DNA of 64,000 nucleotides, taken from Raillietiella orientalis. Its lineage: Eukaryota. This document shows, in pieces, positions 25,201 through 36,500 of the stretch. The DNA lies in NCBI GenBank assembly GCA_036172245.1, contig JAYWIR010000029.1, forward strand, positions 2,604,001 through 2,668,000, written 5' to 3'. The notes under the pieces are model-generated. The model was not told where the DNA came from. It saw only the letters and a program-made list of their open reading frames with translations, and ran no database searches. Every line of letters begins with the position of its first letter. The stretch's first letter is position 1. Position numbers and translations under genes: made by a program.

Positions 25201-28196
25201 AAATCGAGTCGAAGACGTGTGCGTGTTTTTTTTTTTTTGGCAGGGGGGGGGGGGTAGTTGCGCTCCTCCAGAGGACATCCATTCAGTCTCTTCCGTATCA
25301 CGTAACTGGGCGCATGTAGTGTAATGTACTAATAGCAGTCCTTATGAAGCACAACAAGGCTAATTTTATGGAAAAAAAATTTTTTTCATAAGATCAATTG
25401 GACGGTGGAACGAATGGATAGGTTATGTAGCAGAGATGCTGGAGCGCCGCATTCCCTTTTTCTTCTTTGGTGGCGCGTAAAATATTTCTTCCTTCTAACA
25501 AAATGTCTGCTGCAATTCGTGAGGGATTCCGTGTAGTTGTTACCTATCTGTCTATGCGTCTCATTACAAGCCGCCGCCACTCTGACCTAATTGACCTGCT
25601 CTGATCCGACTGACTCAGTTTCTAGTAGTTTGCTGAAGTCCGCTGCAGATTCTCTTCTCAAGTCTTGTGCCATTCGAGAAAAGACTCTGGCCCCTGTGTC
25701 TGCTTAGAATTTGCAAGCTGGAACGTACTCTGCATTCAGAGACAAACACCTCCCGATTGCTGAGAACCCTGTGGAATTCATATTTCTTTTCATTTTCAGA
25801 GGAAAATCACTGATAATGATGTCCCTTTTCTTTTACGGGCGTGCTTTATGAAGAAGTAGTCGAACTGTTCTAGAGAATCCTATGTCTGAAGAAACCCAAA
25901 TGATAAAGAAACTAATAAGTGCATGTTGACTTTGCTGAAAGAAAGAGAACACACAGACATACGTACGTATCTGTATACACCCACTCTGTGTCCATGCAGT
26001 CAGTCACACAGGTACTCGAATCCGTGTTCGTGTTTCTGAGGCACATATTATTCTGCAGAGGTGTCGGTTGAAACCTTCCAAGGAATGACGCGTTCACAGC
26101 CCGGACGCAGTAGTGTACGTGCCTCACGGGGGGGGGGGGGTCACGAGTGCAGTTGATTAAAAAATACATAAGAAAGGGCAGTGCGGAAAAAATAAGTTAT
26201 CGAAAACGGGATTTCGAAATCTAAAAAAAAAAAAAAGGTTTCCCTCTTTTTGCTGATCTCGAGCACTGCTTGAATACGATGTTCCGGCAGTCCCATTCTC
26301 GGACAGGCTGTGAAGAGTAATTAAAATAATAATAAACCTTATTGTAAACAGATGTACTGTAGTGTCATTCATTTGGGGCAGAGAACTCATTGAAATGTTC
26401 GGTGGTTGATTGAAGTTAGGAGTTTGCAGTTAGCGTTCGGCAAAGAAACAGCTGATGACGATTGGTCGTGCACCGGAAGTCAACCACAGAGGTTTGCATG
26501 GGCTTCCCAGAAGTACTCCCTCATTTCGTAGCTCCTTCATTTCTGGAGATTCCTTCTCTGCCTTTTTTTTTGGGGGGGGGGGGGGAGAAGGCTTCTGAGA
26601 TGTTGACAGTTCCCGAACCTTGTTTTCATTGGATTTAAGCTATAAGCAACGGGAAATGAAATGACTCGTGCTTTCTGCTGTCGAGAAGTATTGGTGTGCT
26701 GCTGTCCCCCCCCCCCTTCGACTCCCCAAAGCCCAACACGGTACACGCATCTACTTGAGAAGGTTTCCCCTTTAGTGTTCTAATTTTAACGTATGCGTAC
26801 GAATCTCGACTGGCATAGATTGTGCAGTTTTCCCCCGAGGGAAAGGCGTCTTTTGGTGCGTAACCGATTTTCTTGCATTGGAACTGTTTTCGTCTTGGTT
26901 TGTCCCTTTCGCACCCGTCTTCCGATACTGATGAGAAAACTTTTCTTCACTGCTGTTCGATTTAAATGTAGAGATGCTTCTGTTGATATGGATAAGCTCT
27001 CATTCCATTAGAAAAATCCGCCTTCTACTTTGTTGGTTATGGCCACGTAAGTTTGCAGCCACCAAATGTGTGTTCTTTTCCAGTATGTTATGTGCTTGAG
27101 CAGATCTAATTTTGTTACACAGCATCACTGAACTTTTTGTTTTCCTATCGATGCTGCAGCTATTAACACTCGCATCTCTTGCATCACTAAAAAAAAAAAA
27201 AAAAAAAAATTTGAAACAGAGCAAAAGAGAAAGAAGCATAAAACAAAAACTGGATGATGAGACATGGGGGGGAGGGGGAAGGGGGGGGGGAATCCTTGCA
27301 TATGTATTATGTCTTGGCCTCGATCGTCGCAAGGAGCGATTTTCACTGCTACAGAGCGCATGTGCACTCCTCGGAGTTCATCGATCGACTCAGAATGCAT
27401 GGCAAACAGAGTTTCAGGCAAAGGCTCAGCCTTGCAAAAATGTTACCGTAACTCGGGATATTTACTTGTTTGACGAAGTGATTCGTTCGGTTTGCTCGAT
27501 ATGGGAAGTGGGGGAAGCCGTGACGTGAGAGGGGGGGCGCCTCTTTTCGTTCCGTGACGTTGCAGTCGTTTCGTCGTTCGGCGCCGACGGCGGCGGTGGG
27601 ATTTCTCGCCCATCCTTTTCCTCCGCGCGCGCGCAGTGATGTGGTGGAGGACTTTTTACGTACGAATCACTCGCGAAACGGGGGGGGAGACCCTCCCCCA
27701 CCCCCACACACACCCGTCTTCGTACGTTGTGGGGGGGAGGGGGGTCGCAAGTGCTGCCGCTCGCCAGCACGTTGTGTGTGCCCCCCCCCCCCCGTGTGTT
27801 CGTGTCGGCTTCGTCCTGTTTCCCGATTGATTGTCCGACGATGTCGAGCATGTTCCCCCCTCCCCTCCCCTTTCGAGTTCCGATGATTTCAGCGTACTCG
27901 TACGGTGGCACCCCATCGCAAGAGGACGTTGTCGGCTGCAAAAAAAAAAAAAAGTTTTTATGCTCGTTGCGAGCCTCTGCGATCTCACCGGGTGGAGGAG
28001 AATTCTCTCTCCCCCTATCCAGTTTTAACCGTGGGTTGCCTGTTTTCCAAGTAAACTGTCGGTTCTTTCCGATTCGAAAGTGTGTGTTCGTTCTCTGTGA
28101 TGTTTGAGCATCGGATTGCAAGTGCCTCAGTAAAATGAGCTTTTAGTGATGTGAGTACATTTTTTTCTCTCTCTCTCTTCCCTTCCTAATTTAAAG

Positions 28197-31100
28197 ATCA
28201 TGCCGAAGTTACGTTGCAAAGATTTGTAAAGAGCTCGTCTCAAGAAGCAATGATTGACGATTGTTTGGAACGTGGCACAGGTTCTCTAGATTTCTGTGTT
28301 CGAGATAACAAAGGATGCAAAACTGGCAAAGTGTGTCACACGAACACGTCCCATCAAGGAGAAGAGGAAGAGATGGAGAATTTGGACAGCTCCGGCTACC
28401 AGTGGTGCCATGACTACTGGTAAGACGCGCCACCCCCAAAAATTCCAGCGAACTTTGGTTTCCCGAAGCTACTCCGCGTCCCACCGTCCCCAAGGCTTGC
28501 TCCTCAGAGGGGAGGAACTGATGGGGGACAGCTACGAGGCGCTGGCGCGCTACCTGGACGAAAACTTGGCGGAGGTGGACATGGAGTCCTTCGGGGCAGA
28601 GAACATCCACTCCCTGCTGAACATGTACTGCGAGGGAGCCCAGGTTGGTCGCGGCTTCCCGTGGCCGCCTCCGCCTCGTGCAGGGCTGCCGCACCTCACC
28701 CCAAAATTTTCCTCGCAGGGCGAAAAGTTCGCGAGCATGTCCGACTCGTTCGTCTCCAAGCTGGACCTGATCGCAAGCGGGCAGCAGGGCTCCTTCCGCT
28801 CGATGGAATCTTCTTCCTTGTGCGCATCAGAACCGCTGTTCTCTCCAGAAAAACAACCAAAGTTGCAGGCAACTAGCACTTTCAGTACTGATTCCCTCGA
28901 TCTGGACAAAGATATCACCTTAACGTGTCAGCCAGTTAAGGACAATTATACAATCGCATTCCAGACAAGTTTGCTCCAGGACGTAACAGGCCCTACCCAA
29001 GTTGCCGAGGAAGGACTGTGTAGGATATCTTCCTTTCCTTGCCCCGATGACATTCCGATACCACAGTCAACGTGGTCCAAGTTGAAAGAGGAAATGACTA
29101 GGGGGCAAACCGTCCCCATTTACAACAGCTGCCGAAGCAAACGGGAGCAGTCCATGCAGACTTCCCTGAAATCTCTCGCGAGAACGTCCAGGCGCACGCC
29201 CATTTATGTCTGCTACCCCAACTACTCACTCCCGGATCTCAGTTTCTTGAAAACGAACCGAAAGCAGTGCGGGGACTTCGACCTGTTGCTCCTGCCGCAC
29301 CAGCTGCTCCCCGACAGAGGCCTGCAGGTGCCGAGCGAGGTGAACCGGAGGCCGTTCTCCTGCAACGACGTCGACATGCTGAAGAAGAAAGGCGCCTCCC
29401 ACATTCGCGACTGGGACTCCCTGTCCCTTCTTCTCCCTCCGGAGCTGCGGCATGTGATCGGCAAGGAGCAGCCGGGAACCACCAGCACGTCCTCCGGATA
29501 CAAAGGGTCCAGCACGATCCTTTCGGAGTCTGCTCTGCACGAGCAGTGCCCCGATGCTCCCCAGCACCCCGCAGCGCCTCCCGGAGAACGAACCGCGACC
29601 GCCTCCAGGGCGGTGCGGCAGCCTCAACAGATGCGTCGCCGCACCCGCCTCCGGGAGAGGGACGTGTCCCTGGAAAACTTGGCAGAGCAGGTCGGAGCAG
29701 AAGAGGACCTGCTGAGCCGTTCCCAGAGCAGTCCGAACCTGAACGCCATAGGAGAAGAGTGCGTTGGTCGCCGCGCAGGAGTCTGCCGCTTGTGCCAGGC
29801 GCCGGCGGCTCGCGAGCAGCTGCTTGACCACTACGGCAGACTCGTCGACAACGTGTCGAGGAGCGTGCGAGATCTTCTGTCCCTGATGCTATGCTGCACC
29901 AATCAGACCTCCCTGCTGCTGGAAAGGCTGTGTCCTCCGCTGGTCGCCCTCCTCAGCGACGGGCTCCAGCCCACCGTGCGCAGCATATTCGGCCCGTTGC
30001 CCAACTCCGTCTGGCGCCTGATCGAGGCCACCTCGCAACTTGGGTCCAGCACCCAAACCTTGGGGGATTTGGTCCTCAAGCTGAACTCGGAGGAACAGCT
30101 CATGGACGGTCCCCTCAAGGTCAACGCGTTCCTGCTGGGGCTGCTCAACATGCGAGCTCTGCGCTCCTGGCTGGCCTACCTGCGCACCCGCGAATCCGCC
30201 ATCCAGAAACACTATGCGCCGGAGGCGTTCCTGTACCAGGCAGGCATCGGGGCACGAGGTTTCTTCGACCGCCTCCTGCGAGACCTGGAGCCCGTGTGCC
30301 ACCTGACTTTCCACTTGGATCTTCTGTACGAATACCGGCAGCTACACCGCAGCCTGCTCGTCATGGAGGAGCAGTGCGTGCGCCCCAAACACTTGGCGTC
30401 ACCCACCAAGGCGAGCAGGCAGAGGAAGACGGACGCGGAGTGCTTTTCCGGGAACGTCGCCAGGCTGAAGCAGACCTTCAGCCAGGATCGGCCCCAAAGC
30501 CCGAAGCTGCGCCGAAAGGGCAACCGGCCTCACTCCTGCGTCGAAGCCGCCTTGGTCAGCTCGGGCTCCGGGTCAGAGTGCACCAGGCGCTGGAGCGTGC
30601 TGCAGAGCGAAGTGGGTTCCAAGATACTCCAAGCGCTCGACAGAATCATGGACCCTCTCCGCAAGCAGGACGATCCTCCTACTCCTACCTGGGACAAGGA
30701 ACGAAGAGCCGATTACAAGTTTCGGATCCTCCAGGAAAGATGGGAAATCCTGAGTGGGAATCCTTCCTGCCCCTCACGAGGCAGCAAATCTCGAATCCCA
30801 CGACCTATATCTCTCCCTTCTCCTGTGAAATCGAAGTCGTCGGTGAAACCTCCAGTGCCTCTAAAAAACTCTGTAAACCCAGACAAAAGCCCGATCCACC
30901 CCAGATGTTTTCCCAAGCCCATTTTGTTGAATTCACCTATGACGCGTTCCGGCTCTTTGCAAGACAAAGCGTGGCAAATGGCCGTCGGATCTCCTTTGGA
31001 AGACGGGAAACTGAAGCGACGTTCGGCGTCTGCTGGTCGTCAAAATGATGGCGGATCTTCGATGGAGCCTTTAAAAGAGAGGTGGGTTGGATTCCCGGTA

Positions 31101-31301
31101 GCCGTTGCAGAACCTCCCTTTCGTTTTAGGAGGCTTCGCACCCTGTGTCACCACGCGGCCAAAGATAGCGGCCACTTGTCATTCAAGTCGGGACAAGAAC
31201 TGATCTTAATTATCGAGGTCGATGACAAGTGGCTTCTTTGTCGTAAGAAAAATCAGAAGGGACTCGTGCCTCGCAACGCCGTCATCCTCATAGACTCCTG
31301 A
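28197..31301 (+). CDS. RUN and SH3 domain-containing protein (RUSC1/RUSC2-iporin-like)
   Basis: The 1001-codon ORF has a RUN domain (LCPPLVALLSDGL...NSVWRLIE...AFLLGLLNMRALRSWL...HYAPEAFL...FHLDLLYE) and a C-terminal SH3 (LCHHAAKDSGHLSFKSGQEL...VDDKWLLC...GLVP). Likely exons are 28197-28419 (different frame, ...SGYQWCHDY, GTAAG donor), 28469-28643, 28719-31081 and 31130-31301. The start codon is uncertain (ATG at 28250 or an upstream exon). Confidence 0.88.
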
Positions 31302-33549
31302 CAACGTTCCGGATCTCCGTAAAATAGCCTCAGTTCTACATAGCGGGAAGCGTTTCCTTTTTCGTTTTGCCGTACTCCGATTCCTCTGCCTCTGTCTTTC
31401 TGTGTGTGCTAACTCGGTGTCAGATGTATAAAGCAAAGATAAATATATGGCTTTTTATCATTGCCAAAGTCTCATAACTTTTAGAAAGGCGCACCTCATT
31501 AATGGGATGGCAGCGATCTGGTGTGCGTGTGTGCGTGCGCTCGCGTAGGTTCCCGACTCTGAAGGAACGCAGTTTGACGGGAATCACTTAGTTGAAGGAA
31601 CGCCCATTGCATTTCTTTCGTGTTTTTCACGACGACTGTTCGGGATGTCACCATCCTTCGGGAACGGGGAAAACCGGTCTGCAACGCAGAACCACGTAAG
31701 CCGATGACTCCATACTTTCAACAGAAGCCTGGGTAACTCTGAAAATGCCTCGGGCGCCTTTTGACGGGTCTCTAATGTGGCCTGTCAAAAAAGGCGATCT
31801 CATACAAATGCCTTTTGAAACTTCTATTCCTGGAAACACGCGTGAATCTTCGCTATGTCATTGTCTTTTTTTGTTGTTGCTTTCCTAGCCGCGTATTCGC
31901 ATGGAAAGCTCCATTCATCCTCGATGCTCGAAAGACGGAACCCCTCTTCTGCGTGTAGTTGAAGAATCCCTTCTTGGCCTTTTGGCTAAGATCAAAGCGT
32001 CTCGGAGCGGCCTATAAGCCAAAGTCCAGGCATTTATCGTTGGAGCTGTGGGAAATTGAGATCCACGAAACTTCATTGTTTTTGATGTGTGCAATCACAT
32101 AGCTTGTTGCAAGGGGCTCTAAACTATCTTTCTCAGTTGTTATTTTGTTCCATTGGGGCGCCCTTCTCCCCAACTTTACCTGTGTGAATTGAGCGCCCCG
32201 CGACTGTATGCGGGGAAGATGAGGTAACTCATGATGGCCTGACGCATCCGCAGAGCCATGATGTTGACTTGACGCATCATCGACTGTGACATGCAGCCCG
32301 AAGACCTCTCCAACCCCAGAGGGTATCTAATAATAGGTCGCGGGACGGATGGGCAGCAATCAGATGACGCAGAACAAGAAGAAACCAATTACTAAGGAAA
32401 CGGGAAGCTTCTTCAGTGGAACTGCAGAATTGACCTTTATTAATCGGCGGAGAGAAAGGGAAAGGCAGCCCCGATAGAGACCGGCTAGCTAGATGGAGGA
32501 TGCTGCAAAGGAGCACTGAGCGACCCCGAAGAAATGTCTTCGTGAGATGTTGGACGCACGAGTCTTTGAGGAATCCTTTTGACACGTGGCATGAAGAGGG
32601 CAGGAACACGGGAGGGAAGGGGGGCATTCCTTTCATGCACCTCGGAATTGCCGATCGCTGTTCCACTAGGATGGGGTCTCCTCCATCGATGAGCCCCAGT
32701 GGCTTCGACCCCCTGCATGAGAGATGTCTCAGAAGTCTCCTGAAGAGTTTGCAAGCAGGTGTCACTTGCTTTTCCCTAAGGGAACTACTGACGAGGACAA
32801 CACAAACAAACACTTTAAAGAAAACAAGCTTCAACAAGTCCCCATGGATACTCTTGTAAACCAGATTGCACCCATAAACGCTCGGTCGTAAATCCTCCGC
32901 AGGTTTTTTGATCCCATGGTCCACTGAGATGAAAAGTCCTCCAGACTTGAGACAAGAATCTCTTCTTGAACGGGGGGAAGAGAAACAAAAAAGCATGCCG
33001 CATTTTTCCCTAGGAGTCGCGTGTGGTTGACCTTTCCGGAACCGTTGCTGTCGGACGATTCATTTGCTGCAAGCTCTAGTGGAAACTTCTTGCTATTTCA
33101 CACTCTTCTTTCCATTTCTTCGTCCAGTGGGTTTTTTTCTTTTTTTTTTTTTCTTGTTTGCTCCCCTTCAAGTGTCAAACTTCTGTGTTCAGACTTAAAG
33201 AGAGAGGAAAAATTGGGAATAGGGCAAACGTTGCAAATTCATTGCAGCAGTGGTTTCCTGATAGTTCCTGACTGGCCCGTCCACGTCCGATGACTGGCAT
33301 GCAAACAGCAAAGGAGCAAACGACACCGTTGCTACCGATGAAGAGCAGCACAACGGCGGAGGAAACAGAGTCCACGTTTTCGTTTCCGCAGGGATCTTGG
33401 AAGGCGTTCTTCCCGACTCGAACGGGAAGGCACCTTAGCGTCAGTGAACCGTCGCCTTCCTCAGTGACCAGGGGAGAAAAAAAAACGTTGGGACGCTGCA
33501 ATTCCAGGGGACTTCACGCTCCCCGGAAACGGTACCTCCCGTCAGGGTG

Positions 33550-36500
33550 TCAATAGAAACCCCTCATCTCCATATCGCGTTGAACGTAAGGGAGGCAGGA
33601 GTAGTGGGAAACGTTCGATTTGTTGGAAGCGACGGTGCCGTTCCAAGAGCTGACCCTCCCGTAGTACTGGCCGGGGTGCTGGCATAGGATCACCTGGGAT
33701 GGAGGCCGCCTGCAGGTGCACTTCTCCGTATTCCAAACCGTGGGAGGCTCGACCCCCCTCTGGCTAGGCTGCTGCCTCTGCCGAATGCGGGAGTTGATCA
33801 AGTAGATGATGGTCACAAGGATGCAGATGAAAAGAATCACTCCTCCCAGGATCCCTATGAGAAGGATGTCCATCGTGCTCACTGGATGGCGAGGACTTCC
33901 CTTCGGTTCGACGTATCTGGAGTCCTCCGTGCTCGGGGACACGGACCAGATGATGTCCATCTCCGTGGTCGAAGGTCCATGGCTGGTGAACGAGTGCTCG
34001 GGTATCTCGAAGCCCACGCTCGAGTTGCAAGTTAGGTTCTGGCCCTTCAGTTCTTCGACCCGCCGGCTGCGTAGCTCCGGAGGGTCAAAGCAGAGCCAGT
34101 GGTAAGCTGGGCTCGAGTTGTACTGGGGGTTTCCGGCCAGCCAGCTGATTAGCGGCTTCACCATGCAGTCGCAAAGCAGGGCGCTGTCCAGGAACTTCAC
34201 CACGCGTATCTGATGGCGCCTGTCTACCAGAAGCTCCAGGAAGTCGGGGTCCAGGCGTCTGATCGGGTTGTGGGAGAAGTCAATGTGCATCTCGGTGGAC
34301 GGCGGCACTTCCCGGAAGATGGTTCCATTCAGGAACTGGACGTTGGTGTTGCTCAACGTCAGGTGGACCCGCGTGCTGTAGATGCCCCGCAGCGACCCGG
34401 AGGACAGGGAGAACAGCCTGTAGCCGTGGATGGAGAGCTTCTCCAGCTTGGACCAGAATGCTGGCAGCAGCTCGCCGCCCAAGGACGGGGCGAAGATCTC
34501 CACGTGCAACGACCGGAGCGCCCTCACGTTCGACAGCACCGCGGAGACGTTCAGGTCGGGAACCTGGGGGAGGTCGTGGAGCTCAAGCTCGTCGAGGGAG
34601 GGCAGGTCGGCGAACGCCCCTTCCTCCAGCCTGCGGCAGTCGGGGAGGTGGTGCAGGGACAGCGCCCTCAGGCTCGGCAGGTCGGCCAAGTCGCCGGTGA
34701 CCACGCGCGCGAGTGGGTTGTGCGACAGACGGAGCTCGCGGAGGAAATTCATCCTCTCCCAAGCGGGCTTCAGTCCGGAGCCCAGATCGCGGATGCGGTT
34801 CCGGGAGACGTCCAGGGAGCGCAGCCGCGCCGTCCTCCGGAAGTGCTCCTCTCCCGCCTCCCGCAGGCGGTTGTCGGAGAGGTTCAGCTCCTGGAGGAAG
34901 GGGGTCTCAAAGACGAACAGCTGGTCCATCCGCAGCCCCGCCAGGTTCAACCGCCTCGCGGTCTTCGGCTCGCTCAGGATGTTCTTCACCGACTCCTGGG
35001 TGAGGGGGTTGTACGAGACATCCAGGTCCTTCACGTTGACGACGACGACCTCCGAGGAAGGGATGTGCCGGATCCTGTTGCGGGAGATGTGAAGCAGCTC
35101 CAGGAAGAAGTACTGCCTCTGCAGGGCTGCGAAGGGGACCTCAGTGAAGTTGTTGGAGTTGAGGTTCAGAGACTCCAGGCGGAGGACCCTGGTGCGGTCG
35201 AAGACGCCTTCGGGGAGCTCCCTGAGCTCGTTGCCTTGCAGGTCCAGGTGCAGCCTCCCCGTTCCGGAGAAGGCGTCCTCGGGCAGCTCTCGTATCTTAT
35301 TCCGGGATAGGTCGACGAGCTGGAGCTGGAAGGATCCCTGGAAGGCTTCGGCTCCCACGTGCGCGATCCCGTTCCCCCCGAGCCGGAGGACGCGCAGGCG
35401 CCGGCAGCCCGAGAAGAGGCGGTCGTCCAGGGACGTGATCGCGTTGTCGTCCAAGAGCAGCACCTCGAGCTGTGGGTTGGTCGGGCAGACAGCGGGGAAC
35501 CCGGTCAGGGTGTTCCCGCTCAGGTCCAGCACCTGCAGGAGGGCAGCCCTCCGAAAGGCCCCGTCCCCCAGATCGGAGATCCTGTTGCCGGACAAGTTCA
35601 GCCTCCGCAGGGGGACGTCGCCGTCGAACAGGTCGGCCCCGAGGACCTCGATGGCGTTCCTGCTCAGATCGAGGGAGCGGAGGCTGGGAACGCGACCCAC
35701 TGCCCTCTCTCCCACGACCTCAATCCCGTTGCTGCTAAGGTCCGCGGATTCGAGGCTCGGCAGGTCCGCCAGCGACCTTTCCGGGAGGAGGCGGATCCGG
35801 TTGCCTCCCAGCAGGAGCGTGGAGGCCCGTGGCGCCAGGACGACCCCCTCCAGACGGTTGCCGTCCAGGCTCAGCGTTCGCAGGTTCCGCAGGTGGTCGA
35901 AGGTCCCCGGCGCCACCCCGCCCAGCTCGTTGCGGCCGAGGTCTAGGGCGGTCAGCTGAGGACAATCCCGGAATGAGTCCTCCTCCAGCCTGGGGATCCG
36001 GTTGCCCGTCAGGTTGAGTCTGCGCAGGTTCCGCAGCTTCAGCTTCCCCCAGGTCGAGATCCGGTTGAGACCGAGGTCCAGGTCGCTGAGACTTCCCTCT
36101 GCTCCGCCCACCGCTTCCTGGCTCAGGTTCCGCAGCAGGTTCCCACGCAGGTCCAGGCGCGACAGCTTCCCGAGGTCGGCGAACGTCCCGTCGGGGATGC
36201 GGTCCAGGGAATTATGCGCCAGGGAGACACTTTCCAGGCGGGGGAGGTGGCGGAAGTCCTCCCTGCCCACGGAGGACATCCCGTTGCGGCTCAGGGAGAG
36301 GTGCCTCAGCCTGGAGAGAGGCGTGGTCAGGCGCGACGGGAAGCCCTCGAAGCCATTGTCGTCCAGGTCCAGCATCTCCAGGTTCGAGAGGGGTCGCAGG
36401 GCCTCCCCTGGCATCTGAGGAGGGGAAGTTACGAGGGGCCCGCCGATCTGCGACTCCGGGGTTTCCCCGGGAGTCGTCCGAGTGCGGCGGAGGCGGCTTC

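Noticed and set aside
31299..31322. TGA-C stop context suggesting readthrough (also at the LRR stop, 33550)
   Set aside because: The extensions would be only ~7 and ~12 codons, and no conservation evidence is available.
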